From positions 2,432,001 to 2,496,000 of the forward strand of contig CBDBZU010000004.1 of NCBI GenBank assembly GCA_965213625.1: a DNA stretch of 64,000 bases. The letters are read 5' to 3'. Positions 39,322 through 49,361 of this stretch are shown here, in pieces (positions within the stretch are counted from its first letter, which is position 1; each line of letters opens with the position of its first letter). The notes beneath the pieces are model-generated. The model saw only the letters and a list, made by a program, of their open reading frames with translations, was not told the origin of the DNA and searched no databases. The stretch comes from a bacterium. Lineage in GTDB: Bacteria > UBA8248. The translations under genes and the position numbers were made by a program.

Positions 39322-39852
39322 TCATTTGAGCAGCCACACGCCGTCCTCGCCGTCCACCTCGCGCATCCGCACCTGGATGTGCTCCTGAAGCGACGTGGGC
39401 ACGTTCTTACCGATGAAATCGGGCCGGAAGGGGAGTTCCCTGTGGCCGCGGTCGATGAGGGAGGCGAGCCAGATCTTGCGTGGCCGGCCCAGATCCATGA
39501 TGGCGTCCAAGGCCGCGCGCACCGTCCGGCCCGTGAAGAAGACGTCGTCGATAAGGAACACGCTCCGACCGGAAAGGTCGAAATCGATGTGGGTGGGCTC
39601 GAAACCGCGCCCCTCGGTGGGGTGGCCGCCGTCGTCACGATGGACGCCGATGTCCAGCGCGCCCAGAGGAGGTGAGATGTCCTCCAACTCCTCAATATGC
39701 TGTTTGAGCCGCCTCGCGAGCGGTTCTCCCCGCGTGAGCACGCCGATGAGCGCGATGTTCCTATCCGCAGCGCACGCCTCCATCATCTCGGAGGCGATTC
39801 TTTTAAGCGAAAGATCGAGCTCCTGCGCCGTCATAATGGATATTTGCGTCAT
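39322..39852 (-). CDS. pyrR: PyrR pyrimidine operon regulator / UPRTase
   Basis: TRG.PLA.RL, LDI..HRDD, IDDVFFTGRTVRAALD, DRGHRELP..PDFIGKNVPTS. Confidence 0.92.
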   Translation of the reverse strand: MTQISIMTAQELDLSLKRIASEMMEACAADRNIALIGVLTRGEPLARRLKQHIEELEDISPPLGALDIGVHRDDGGHPTEGRGFEPTHIDFDLSGRSVFLIDDVFFTGRTVRAALDAIMDLGRPRKIWLASLIDRGHRELPFRPDFIGKNVPTSLQEHIQVRMREVDGEDGVWLLK

Positions 39853-39921
39853 GGAAGTGTCCAGAGTTCTCAGAAACCGGTTCAGGCCATCCTAGTGTTT
39901 ATGGGCGCGGCGATCAATGGT

Positions 39922-41253
39922 TCAGCCATTTTGGGGAAGGGGAAAATTCCGCCTGGCGAACTCCTGGGCCTCCTCCTTGGTGGATATGCGCCCTTCGAGT
40001 AGCTCGTCTTCGATCGCGAAGAGGATTTCTCCCAGCTCACGCCCTGCGGGATAGCCCATCGACATGAGTTCGTGCCCGTCGAGCAGTCGCGGTGGGCGCA
40101 GGGCTTCCTCGTGGATTTCCTCAAGTTTTCGGGTGCAGAATTCATGGGTTCTCAGATTCCCGTGGCTGGCGAGGCAATCGATGCGGTGGAGTTCGAGCAA
40201 TTCGTCGAAATAGGGCTCGCGCAGGAATCGCTTGAGGCGGGCGTCCCGCATTTTCTCCACGTGCATGAAGCGCATGTGATTGGCGACCAGTTCCCGGATT
40301 CTCGATGCGCGCGCCTTAGGAATTCGGAGTCTCTCGCAGATCTCTGCGCTCATCGCCGCGCCCGCCTTGTCGTGCCCGTTGAATCGGATTCTGTCGGTTT
40401 CGGTAAAAGTGGCCGGTTTTCCGACGTCGTGAAGCAGCAAGCCCCAGCACAGCGTCGGCGATTCGGAGCGCTTGATGCGCAGCATGGCGCGCACGTGCGT
40501 CCACACGTCGCCTTCTGGATGAAATTCCGGTGGCTGCGCCACGCCTTTCATGGCGTCGACTTCGGGCAGTACGCATTCGAGGAGACCCGAGGCGTCGAGC
40601 ATGGCGAATGCGCTGTCGGCGTTTTCCTGGGTCAAAATCGTCGTCAGTTCGTCGCGGATTCTCTCGGGACTGATTTTCTCGATGAGCTGTGCATTTGCCT
40701 CGATGGCGGAGGCGGTCACTGGCTCGAGAGCGAAATCGAATCTCGCCGAGAAGCGAATCGCTCGCATCATCCGTAAATGATCTTCACAGAACCTGAGTTT
40801 CGGCTCACCGATGGCCCGGATGATTCTGCTTTCGAGATCGCGAATCCCTCCGACGTAATCGAGGACCCGGCTCGCCGTTACGTCATAAAACATCCCGTTG
40901 ATGGTGAAATCGCGCCGCTTTGCGTCTCTTTCATCATCAGAGGGTCGAACCGAGTCGGGATGTCTCCCGTCGCGATAAGCGCCGTCTTCACGGAATTGCG
41001 CCACCTCGAACTCCTGGTCATCCATGCGCACGAGCACAACGCCGAACTGCGCTCCCACGGCAACGGTTTTCTCAAAGCGGCTCTGCACGATTTCCGGAGC
41101 AGCATCCGTAGCGATATCCCAGTCCTTGGGTTGGTGCCCAAGTAAGGCATCCCTTACGCACCCGCCCGCCAGAAGCGCTCTATGCCCCGAGGCTTCCAAG
41201 GTCTTGATAATCCGAATCGCCGCATCGGGTGGCTTTATGTTCAACATTGTCAT
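39922..41253 (-). CDS. cca: tRNA nucleotidyltransferase (CCA-adding, class II) with HD domain
   Basis: GGCVRD, KDWDIATD, RRDFTING, EDHLRMMRAIRF, SPERI, HPEGDVWTH, LLHDVGK. Confidence 0.9.
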   Translation of the reverse strand: MTMLNIKPPDAAIRIIKTLEASGHRALLAGGCVRDALLGHQPKDWDIATDAAPEIVQSRFEKTVAVGAQFGVVLVRMDDQEFEVAQFREDGAYRDGRHPDSVRPSDDERDAKRRDFTINGMFYDVTASRVLDYVGGIRDLESRIIRAIGEPKLRFCEDHLRMMRAIRFSARFDFALEPVTASAIEANAQLIEKISPERIRDELTTILTQENADSAFAMLDASGLLECVLPEVDAMKGVAQPPEFHPEGDVWTHVRAMLRIKRSESPTLCWGLLLHDVGKPATFTETDRIRFNGHDKAGAAMSAEICERLRIPKARASRIRELVANHMRFMHVEKMRDARLKRFLREPYFDELLELHRIDCLASHGNLRTHEFCTRKLEEIHEEALRPPRLLDGHELMSMGYPAGRELGEILFAIEDELLEGRISTKEEAQEFARRNFPLPQNG

Positions 41254-41386
41254 CTCGCCGTAGTTGAAATGCGCGAACCAACGATACTACGATAGGCCCA
41301 AATCCAGATGCGGGCAAATCGTGGTTGATGTAGATACACGCCCGGTTTCAGAGACTGCGGCCCGCGAATTGATTACCGGAGGATAC

Positions 41387-42403
41387 ATGACACTCCATTA
41401 CGCGAGAATATTCATTTTTTTCGTCGTTTTCGCGGTTTTGACGAATCCCTCTCTTGGCGCTTCCCTGGATCAAAAATCGATTCACAAAGGACTCGAACAG
41501 GTCGCCGCGGGCGACTATTCTGCAGCTTCGGATACTTTCGATCAGGTAATAGCATCATCGCCCGAGCGTCCTGAGGGATATTTTTTCAAGGCGTCTGTTT
41601 TTCATATTCTGAAAGGACATATCCAGCGCAAGACGTATTATGAGATATGGCGGAAAAACGCCGCAAAGGCTTTGGCCCTCTCCGAAGCTTTGTTGGAGAA
41701 AAATCCTAAGGACACGAGAGCGCTCCTCCTTGCCGGGCTGACGGAAGGCATGCGGATCGTCGATGCGCTCGACAACAGCAGTTATCTCACCGCATTCCTG
41801 CGGGCCGGCGCGATGGAGAAGCACCTGGAAACTGCGCTCGAGATCGACTCGAATATTCATGACGCCTACTACGGATTGGGGATTTACCACATTAGAGGAA
41901 GCACGGAGAGCTGGGTGAGAATGTTCCGGTTTTTCGTTGGCGATACGAGTGCGAAGGGCAGGACCTATCTGCGGCGCGCGGTCGATGGAAACGGCTGGAT
42001 CTCCAACTCGGCGCGGCTGGCTCTCATTTGGGCGCTATACCGGGTGGAAAAATTCAAAGCGGCAAGAAAAGACGTCGAGTATTTGCGAACGCGCTATCCA
42101 AAGAACGTATTATACGACATCGCCTATGCGGAAAGCTATTTCATCGCCGAGGATTATCCTCGCGCACGGGCGGAATATGTGAAATTACTGCCTCGCCTGA
42201 AACAGTCGAAAAACGAGATTTTGAGATTGTATCGAGATTTTTCAAAATGGCGAGTGATTCGTTGCGATTACGCCTTGGGCAAGCAGGAAGAAGTGGAAGA
42301 AGAAACCAGGGAATTGCTGACCGAAAAGCACATGTATGCCTCACTGATGGAGCAGATTCGTCTGGAGCTGCAATCCGCACAAGGCGTTTTGAAAGAGAGA
42401 TGA
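41387..42403 (+). CDS. Exported tetratricopeptide-repeat protein
   Basis: N-terminal signal or TM segment; TPR-like helices (PERPEGYF, ALEID...DAYYGLGIY). Confidence 0.75.
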   Translation: MTLHYARIFIFFVVFAVLTNPSLGASLDQKSIHKGLEQVAAGDYSAASDTFDQVIASSPERPEGYFFKASVFHILKGHIQRKTYYEIWRKNAAKALALSEALLEKNPKDTRALLLAGLTEGMRIVDALDNSSYLTAFLRAGAMEKHLETALEIDSNIHDAYYGLGIYHIRGSTESWVRMFRFFVGDTSAKGRTYLRRAVDGNGWISNSARLALIWALYRVEKFKAARKDVEYLRTRYPKNVLYDIAYAESYFIAEDYPRARAEYVKLLPRLKQSKNEILRLYRDFSKWRVIRCDYALGKQEEVEEETRELLTEKHMYASLMEQIRLELQSAQGVLKER

Positions 42404-42442
42404 TTCTCCGATGATATGTGAAAACCAGAGAGACAGGGAGAA

Positions 42443-43297
42443 ATGAAGCGCATTCCGGCTACGCGGGTCGGTCTGGCGGTTGCCATGGCCATTGCAACGA
42501 TTTTTGTGCATGTGAGTTTCGCGTGGCCTGCCCCAACCAGCGTGGATTTGGAACTCGTTTTGGCCGTCGATGTTTCCGGCAGCGTGGATGAGGAAGAGGG
42601 TAAACTCCAGCGGATGGGATATGTGAACGCTTTTCGCTCCCCCTCTGTTTTGCGCGCCATTCAATCCGGAAGGCACAAAAGTATTGCAGTTACCTATATC
42701 GAGTGGGCGGGCTTCGATTTTCAGAGAGTCGTCGTGGACTGGAAGCAGATTCACGACGAGACGAGCGCCGAGAAATTCGCTTCCCTGCTTGCTGAGACGC
42801 CGATAGGGGTGGGCCCCTATACGTCAATCAGCGGCGCAATAGAATTTGCGCTGCCGTTGTTCGAGAACAACGGATTCACGAGTGAACGCCGCACGATCGA
42901 CATTTCCGGTGATGGGCCGAACAACAGCGGAGACTATGTGACGAATGCGCGGGATAGAGCCATACGTACCGGCGTGACGATAAACGGGCTTCCCATTGTG
43001 AACAACCGGCCGAGCCCCTGGGGAAGAATGCCGATGCCGAACCTGGATTTGTATTACAGAAATTGCGTCATCGGTGGCAGGCGCTCTTTCCTGGTGGTCG
43101 CGAATGATTTCAAATCTTTTGGGCGCGCCATCAGGAGAAAGCTGATCCTGGAGATCGTTGGCTTGCGGGGGACGAAAAAGCAGAAGCAAGCCCATGAACT
43201 GCGGAGCCCGATGGTAAGTCCTGTACTGGTATCGAGGGCGGCTCCTCCTTGTGACGCCGGGGAGAAGCGCCGCAGAAGCTGGACGGATGAGTATTAG
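42443..43297 (+). CDS. DUF1194 (vWA-like) exported protein
   Basis: LELVLAVDVSGSVD..E..LQR.GY, TSISGAI, IDISGDGPNN, INGL, YY..CVIGG. Confidence 0.9.
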   Translation: MKRIPATRVGLAVAMAIATIFVHVSFAWPAPTSVDLELVLAVDVSGSVDEEEGKLQRMGYVNAFRSPSVLRAIQSGRHKSIAVTYIEWAGFDFQRVVVDWKQIHDETSAEKFASLLAETPIGVGPYTSISGAIEFALPLFENNGFTSERRTIDISGDGPNNSGDYVTNARDRAIRTGVTINGLPIVNNRPSPWGRMPMPNLDLYYRNCVIGGRRSFLVVANDFKSFGRAIRRKLILEIVGLRGTKKQKQAHELRSPMVSPVLVSRAAPPCDAGEKRRRSWTDEY

Positions 43298-43392
43298 GTT
43301 TTCTGGCATGCCTTTATGCATTATGAAGCGGATTCTATTCACCGTTCGATAATTTTCGGACTGTTACTCAAAACAGGGGAGTGAAAATTCTG

Positions 43393-44367
43393 ATGAAAGC
43401 TGTGCGCGTACATCAATTCAACATGGATGTTCCCATGCGGGTGGACGAAGTGGAGGACGCGAAGCCAGAGCCAGGCGAGGTTTTGATTAAAGCCGGTGCA
43501 GTCGGTGTGAACCCGGTCGACCTGGCCATAAGGGCCGCCAAGCACCCTTACGCCAAGCTGGTGACGCCCCCTTATATTCCGGGTGCCGAGGCGGCCGGAG
43601 AAATCATCGCCCTGGGCGATGGCGTGGAAGGCTGGCGGATCGGGCAGCGGGTGTATGGCCGCGCCATGGGCGGAGGCTACTCAGAAAACGTGCGGCTCGT
43701 GGCAGGCGCCATGGCCGAGTTGCCAGAAGCCTACTCCTATGAGGAAGGCGCCTGCATTACGGTGGCGTTCTATACGGCGTGGAACGCGCTCGTCATCAAG
43801 GCGCAGGCGGGCCCCGGCGAGACGGTGCTGGTGCAGGGCGGCGCCGGGGGCGTGGGCATGGCGGCGGTTCAACTCGCCAAGCGGCTGGGCTGCCGCGTTT
43901 TCGCGACGGTGAGTTCCGATGCGAAGGCGAGTTTCTGCAAGGAGATGGGCGCGGATGAGACGATCAACTACCGCGAGGAGGATTTCGCCCAGCGTTGCAT
44001 GGAGCTCACCGGAGGACGCGGCGTCGACGTCGTCGTCGAGCTTTGCGCCTGCGATAATTTCGACAAGGATTTGGACGCCATTCGCGTGGACGGGAAAATC
44101 ATCGTCATCGGTACGGGCACGGGAAAAGGCCCGGGGGCTGAGTTCCGGGTTCCGTCGGTCATGACGAAAGACGCCGTGGTGCTGGGGCTGGCCGTGGTGA
44201 ATCTGTTCCCGAAAATGCCGGAACTGGTGCGCCGATTCACACCCTTGCTGCAAGAAGGAGCGTTCCGGATCAACGTCGACAAGGCGTCGAGTTTCGAGGA
44301 TGCGAACGAGGCCCATGATTACGTTCTGGATGGTCAGTTCTTGGGTAAGGTCGTCCTGGTCCCGTAG
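43393..44367 (+). CDS. NADPH:quinone reductase (MDR/zeta-crystallin family)
   Basis: GVNPVD, PGAEAAG, VLVQGGAGGVG..AVQLAK, GKVVL. Confidence 0.9.
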   Translation: MKAVRVHQFNMDVPMRVDEVEDAKPEPGEVLIKAGAVGVNPVDLAIRAAKHPYAKLVTPPYIPGAEAAGEIIALGDGVEGWRIGQRVYGRAMGGGYSENVRLVAGAMAELPEAYSYEEGACITVAFYTAWNALVIKAQAGPGETVLVQGGAGGVGMAAVQLAKRLGCRVFATVSSDAKASFCKEMGADETINYREEDFAQRCMELTGGRGVDVVVELCACDNFDKDLDAIRVDGKIIVIGTGTGKGPGAEFRVPSVMTKDAVVLGLAVVNLFPKMPELVRRFTPLLQEGAFRINVDKASSFEDANEAHDYVLDGQFLGKVVLVP

Positions 44368-44397
44368 CCGAGAGACGAGGCGTAAAAGGAGGAAGCG

Positions 44398-45372
44398 ATG
44401 AAAGCGGTACGAGTGACGCGGTTCGGCCTCGAACATCCCATGGAGTTGGAGGAGGTGGCGGAGCCGAAGCCAGGACCGGGAGAGATGTTGGTGCGGATAG
44501 TGGCGGCGGGGGTGAACCCACTGGAGGTCGCCATACGCTCGGGAAATCATCCGCGCGCCAAGGCGATGACGCTGCCTTATACCTGCGGCACGGACATCGC
44601 CGGCGAAGTGGAGACGGTTGGCGAGGGTGTCGAGGCTTTTGCGCCGGGGGACCGGGTGTGGGGCCGCGCCTCCACCGGGGCGTATGTTGAAAAAGGACTG
44701 GTGCCCGCAAACTCGACGGGGAAGCTGCCAGATTCAATGTCCTACGCAGATGGGGCCGCACTGCCCATCCCGCTCCTTACGGCCTGGAACGCCCTGGTCG
44801 TGAAGGGAGAGGCTGCTCCGGGCGATTGCGTGCTCGTGCAAGGCGGAGCAGGTGGCGTGGGCTATCTGGCGATTCAACTTGCCCGCACGTTAGGCTGCCG
44901 GGTGTTCACGACGGTCAGTTCCAAGGAGAAGGGGGATTTCTGTCTTTCGGCGGGCGCTGAGGCGGTCATCAGCTACAGAGAAGAAGATGTGCCCGAGCGC
45001 GTGATGGAGCTCACTTCCGGCAGGGGCGTCGATGTCGTTGTCGAAACCGTTGGCTGTGACAATCTGGGTTCAGACCTTAAGCTCAACGCCATCAACGGCC
45101 GAATCGTCATCGTCGGAACGGGAACGGGCAAAGGGCCGGATGTGACGATTCCCCTGCCTGTGGCCATGGGCCGGGACGCCAGGATTCTGGCGCTCTCATC
45201 AGGCAATCTGAATCCTCTCGTCCCATGTATTTTGAAGCGGCTGGATCCCTTGCTGGAAAGTGGAGCCATCAAGCCTCATGTCGGACGGGAAATGCCGATG
45301 GAAGAGGCGAATGAATCGCACGAGGTCCTTCTGAGCGGTAAATTCCTGGGTAAAATCAATTTGGCGCCTTAG
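44398..45372 (+). CDS. NADPH:quinone reductase (MDR family), tandem paralog
   Basis: GVNPLE, GTDIAG, VLVQGGAGGVG, GKINL. Confidence 0.9.
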   Translation: MKAVRVTRFGLEHPMELEEVAEPKPGPGEMLVRIVAAGVNPLEVAIRSGNHPRAKAMTLPYTCGTDIAGEVETVGEGVEAFAPGDRVWGRASTGAYVEKGLVPANSTGKLPDSMSYADGAALPIPLLTAWNALVVKGEAAPGDCVLVQGGAGGVGYLAIQLARTLGCRVFTTVSSKEKGDFCLSAGAEAVISYREEDVPERVMELTSGRGVDVVVETVGCDNLGSDLKLNAINGRIVIVGTGTGKGPDVTIPLPVAMGRDARILALSSGNLNPLVPCILKRLDPLLESGAIKPHVGREMPMEEANESHEVLLSGKFLGKINLAP

Positions 45373-45408
45373 AGAGGAATCCCCGTATTTTGAGGAGGTG
45401 GATGAGAG

Positions 45409-46098
45409 ATGCTCAAGCTGGGCGAGCATGAGATCGACCTGTGTCTGTTCGATGCCTACGGTACATTGTTCGACGTGACCGCGGCGGCGGCGGAAAAACA
45501 ATCAGAGCTTGGCGATCAGTGGCAGGCGCTCTCCGCGCTCTGGCGGACCAAGCAGATTGAATACACTTGGCTCAGAAGTCTGATGGGCAGCCACGCGGAT
45601 TTTTGGCAGGTTACGGGCGATGCGCTCGATTTCGCCCTGGATACACTGGACATGGAGAGGCCGGGCCTACGAGAAGAACTCATGATGCTCTACAAGCGGC
45701 TGAACGCGTATTCCGAAGTGAAGGGTGTGCTCCAGAAGCTGCGGGAAGACGGGGTTCGGGCCGCAATTCTCTCCAACGGTTCTCCCGAAATGCTTGATAG
45801 CGCGGTGAAAAACGCCGGAATCGAGGAATATCTCGAAGAGATTATATCCGTGGAGAGCGTCGGGATATTCAAGGTGCACCCGTCGGTCTATCAACTGGCG
45901 GTGGACCGGCTTGGCGTTCGCGCCGACAGAATCTGCTTTTTCTCCTCGAACGGCTGGGACATCGCGGGTGCGTCGCATTTCGGATACCGCGTCGTCTGGG
46001 TCAATCGTTTTGCGCAGAAAAAAGAGCGCGTCCCGCACGAAATCGATGCGGAAATCACCTCGCTCGACGAGTTGGAGAGGGTGCTGGTCCACAAGTGA
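45409..46098 (+). CDS. L-2-haloacid dehalogenase (HAD type II)
   Basis: FDAYGTLFDV, WR.KQIEYTW, LSNG, FK.HP.VY, SSNGWDIAGA..FG. Confidence 0.9.
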   Translation: MLKLGEHEIDLCLFDAYGTLFDVTAAAAEKQSELGDQWQALSALWRTKQIEYTWLRSLMGSHADFWQVTGDALDFALDTLDMERPGLREELMMLYKRLNAYSEVKGVLQKLREDGVRAAILSNGSPEMLDSAVKNAGIEEYLEEIISVESVGIFKVHPSVYQLAVDRLGVRADRICFFSSNGWDIAGASHFGYRVVWVNRFAQKKERVPHEIDAEITSLDELERVLVHK

Positions 46099-46111
46099 AG
46101 CCCCTCAGGGC

Positions 46112-46696
46112 TTATGAAACGTTCAGGGCCTTTTTTAGGGTCCGGATTCTTCCCGCATGGTCCGTATGGTTGACCGGCGGAAGTTTTTCCCTGTTCGTCA
46201 CAGGCAATACGATGAAATGAGGACCCGCTTCTGTGAGTAGTCGGGGTAGGGCGTCTTGAAACGTCTCAAGTGAATCAATGCGTTCCACCTTGCCTTTTCC
46301 CGTAGCGCCGCCACCCTCGAACCCTGAGGCGAGCGCCAATTCGACGAAATCGGTCCGCGGGGGGAGTTCCTGCCCGCCCACCATCTCGTAGCTCCTGTTC
46401 TCGAGCAGGAAGACGACCAGGTTTTCAGGCGCATACTTGGCCAGCGTCACCAGGGAACCCAGGCTCATCAACATCCCTCCATCCCCCTTCCAGACGATGG
46501 TTTTGCGCTCGGGCCGGGCGATGGCGAGGCCTAAGCCGAAATCTGCGGCGTGTCCCATGCCGAAGGCGAGAAAATCGAAATCGAGATCACTCTCCGAGAC
46601 AAGCGGCCATTGAAGAGTGGCCGTCATGGTCATGACCACAATTTCATTCGTTCTTCGCTCCGCCACTGCCCGGAACAGTTCCATGCGTTCTATCAA
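46112..46696 (-). CDS. TPP-binding beta subunit, sulfopyruvate/phosphonopyruvate decarboxylase-like (ComE-like)
   Basis: MGHA..FGLGLA.ARP, GDG-x-N TPP motif (KGDGGMLMSLG...ENRSYE). Confidence 0.78.
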   Translation of the reverse strand: MIERMELFRAVAERRTNEIVVMTMTATLQWPLVSESDLDFDFLAFGMGHAADFGLGLAIARPERKTIVWKGDGGMLMSLGSLVTLAKYAPENLVVFLLENRSYEMVGGQELPPRTDFVELALASGFEGGGATGKGKVERIDSLETFQDALPRLLTEAGPHFIVLPVTNREKLPPVNHTDHAGRIRTLKKALNVS

Positions 46697-46709
46697 GATG
46701 ATCCGCCTT

Positions 46710-47246
46710 TCAAGGCTTGAATGCGTAGCCGGTGATGACGGCCGCCGGGTAAGAAGTTTGCGCCGCCGTCTGGTCCATCAGTTCGAGTGTTCCCAGTTCA
46801 TCGTCTGACATGAGATGCCAGGTCGGGATTTTCCACGCCTGGAGAAGTGGCTCCGTGAAGGTATATGCCGAATCGATCGGCAGCTTGCCGGACATCGCTC
46901 CGCCGTATCCCCGCCAGCCGACCATCATACGCAAGGGCACCCTGGGTCCTGCGCCGCAGCCTCTCAGGGAGTCTCCCGCCTCCATCAGCCCCGTGTTCTG
47001 AATCACGAGCAACGGCTTCTGTCCGCCTGTCCAGAGACCGGCTGCGATGGCGACCGATTCCCCCTCGCGGCAAGGGGTGATCAGGTCGATATTGGGGTCG
47101 TTATCCAGTGCTTCGTATAGAAGCCGGCTTTCGCTGTCCGGGATCATGAGAACGTGCGTGAAGCCTAGTTCATGGAGTTTCTGAACTGTTTTATGTGCGC
47201 TTGCGCCCTTTTCGCTCAAGGATTTTCCTCTTGATGGGAATTTCAT
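46710..47246 (-). CDS. TPP enzyme N-terminal (alpha) subunit, ComD-like
   Basis: IPDS, REGESVAIAAG...G.KP...QNTG. Confidence 0.78.
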   Translation of the reverse strand: MKFPSRGKSLSEKGASAHKTVQKLHELGFTHVLMIPDSESRLLYEALDNDPNIDLITPCREGESVAIAAGLWTGGQKPLLVIQNTGLMEAGDSLRGCGAGPRVPLRMMVGWRGYGGAMSGKLPIDSAYTFTEPLLQAWKIPTWHLMSDDELGTLELMDQTAAQTSYPAAVITGYAFKP

Positions 47247-47429
47247 ATTCTTATCTGCCGAGGAGCCATCTTCCGCGCCGCATAACGCCTAAGTCAAGAG
47301 TTCCAGGTGAAATATTCCGGGAATCGATGATGTGGGAATACGATAACCTGCTCTAAGTGATATGCTCCGATTTGCCTGAACGCGAAGAGATATCCGCACT
47401 TGGTGCGCTGAGAAAGAAAGGGAGCAGCG

Positions 47430-48455
47430 TTGAAACGACGACCCGTAATCGCGATGACCATGGGAGACCCGGCGGGGGTAGGGCCCGAGGTCTGCCTGAA
47501 AGCCGCTCTTGAGGCCAGCGTTCAGAAAAAATGTGCGCCTCTTATTGTGGGCGACATGGCTGTGCTCAGGAAACACGCCCGGCGGATGAAGATTCCGGTG
47601 CGGTTGACTCGGGTTAAGGACGAAAACAAGCTCGAATACGGGGGCTTGGAGCAAACGCCCGTGATTGATCTTAATAACGTTACTCCAGAGCACCGCGTTT
47701 TCGGAAAGGTCCTCCCCGAATTGGGCGCTGCGGCGGGCCGGTACATCGAAAAGGCCGTCTCGATGGCGCGCACAGGCAAGGTGGACGCCATAGCCACCGC
47801 GCCGATCAACAAGGAATCCCTACAAGCCGGTGGGTATGACTACCCCGGGCATACTGAAATGCTCGCCGATTTGTGCGGCGGCGGGTGGCCCGTCATGATG
47901 CTGGCGCACCGCAAGATACGCATTGCGCATTTGTCCACGCATTGTCCCTTGCGAGTTGCTCTTCGGCGCGTCAAGCGAAAGAGAATCGTCTACGTGGCGA
48001 GCGTTCTCGATGACGCCCTGCGTCGACTGGACCGGAAAAAGCCGAGAATTGGCGTCGCGGGCTTGAACCCTCATGCGGGCGAGGCCGGGCTGTTCGGTAG
48101 CGAGGAAGTAAAGGAAATCGCGCCTGCGGTCGCGGACTTAAGGGAGATGGGCATCGATGCGCACGGCCCCGAACCGCCGGATACGATCTTTGGGAAATTG
48201 CGCGGCGGCTACTACAGCGGCGTCGTAGCCATGTACCACGATCAGGGCCATATTCCGGGCAAATTGATGTGTTTTCGCTTCGACTCCCGAGGGCAGGCGA
48301 GCGTGCGCGGCGTCAACGTGACGCTGGGCCTGCCCATCATCAGAACTTCGGTGGAGCACGGGACGGGCTTCCCCATCGCAGGGCAGGGCCTCGCCGACCC
48401 CTCCAGCATGATCGACGCGCTCATCCTCGCGGCGAAGCTGGCCGGGGATGGGTGA
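47430..48455 (+). CDS. pdxA: 4-hydroxythreonine-4-phosphate dehydrogenase family (PdxA/PdxA2)
   Basis: TMGDPAGVGPE, TAPINK, PGHTE, GLNPHAGE, MYHDQGH, GLPIIRTSVEHGT. Confidence 0.92.
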   Translation: MKRRPVIAMTMGDPAGVGPEVCLKAALEASVQKKCAPLIVGDMAVLRKHARRMKIPVRLTRVKDENKLEYGGLEQTPVIDLNNVTPEHRVFGKVLPELGAAAGRYIEKAVSMARTGKVDAIATAPINKESLQAGGYDYPGHTEMLADLCGGGWPVMMLAHRKIRIAHLSTHCPLRVALRRVKRKRIVYVASVLDDALRRLDRKKPRIGVAGLNPHAGEAGLFGSEEVKEIAPAVADLREMGIDAHGPEPPDTIFGKLRGGYYSGVVAMYHDQGHIPGKLMCFRFDSRGQASVRGVNVTLGLPIIRTSVEHGTGFPIAGQGLADPSSMIDALILAAKLAGDG

Positions 48456-48526
48456 GGGAATACGCACACCCCTCACTGCATTTTGATCCTCAAACCCGGA
48501 CAGGTCGCGCTACAAAACCACACCCC

Positions 48527-49282
48527 TCAAGATCTACAGATGGTGAGCAGGTGCACCGCCTCGGCGCCCGCCTTTTTGAGTTCCCGTGCGCAGGCGGAGG
48601 CGGTCGAACCGGTCGTGACGACGTCGTCTACCAGGATGCACGTGGCCGCTTCGAGCCTTTGGCGCGCCACCTTGGGTCGAATCCGGAAGACACCCCGCAT
48701 GTTCCGGCGCCGCTCCCTTGCGGAGAGGCCGGTCTGCGAGCGGGTATCCTTTGCGCGCTCAAGAAAATCCGCGTGGGGTTTGTCCAGGCATTCCGCCGTC
48801 ATGAGGGCGAGCAGCATCGCCTGATCGAAACCTCTCGTCTTCCAGCGGGCGGGGTCGATAGGCACGTGCGTCACTACCACGTTCCTGGCTTCTTCATTTA
48901 CGCCGAATTCGTCCGTCGCGAGCCTGGCGAGATGGGGAGCGAACTCGCGCGCGAGTTTCGTGAAGCCCTGGAACTTGAAGAGGTGGACGGATTCCCGCAG
49001 CGAGTCCTCATAGGCGCCGATGGCGCGGACCATGTCGTAGTGATGCCCGTTTTCGAGGCAATCCGCACAAACATGGGTCGGGGAATGGGCGAGGGTGGTC
49101 AGGGAATGAAACGGATTTCCGCAACGAGGGCACCAGGGCGGCTCGAAGCGTTCGAAGGCGTCCGTGCAAGGCGTGCATATCGCCTGTGGATCGCCGATTT
49201 GCATGGAAGCCGAACACAAGAGGCATTTCGGGGGGATGAGGAAATCAATTGCTGCGCCGATGATCCTGCGGAGGTAACCCAT
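48527..49282 (-). CDS. comF: ComF family amidophosphoribosyltransferase-like protein
   Basis: Double Zn-ribbon Cys pairs, RGFDQ, Q.GL...ER..N, LVDDVVTTGST. Confidence 0.9.
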   Translation of the reverse strand: MGYLRRIIGAAIDFLIPPKCLLCSASMQIGDPQAICTPCTDAFERFEPPWCPRCGNPFHSLTTLAHSPTHVCADCLENGHHYDMVRAIGAYEDSLRESVHLFKFQGFTKLAREFAPHLARLATDEFGVNEEARNVVVTHVPIDPARWKTRGFDQAMLLALMTAECLDKPHADFLERAKDTRSQTGLSARERRRNMRGVFRIRPKVARQRLEAATCILVDDVVTTGSTASACARELKKAGAEAVHLLTICRS

Positions 49283-49361
49283 GGTCCTGTAAGAGCTCGC
49301 TTCGGGTCCTGGGTATTAAGGAATGCGGCCCCCTCGCATGGGCCTGTTGCGGTGAGAAACT

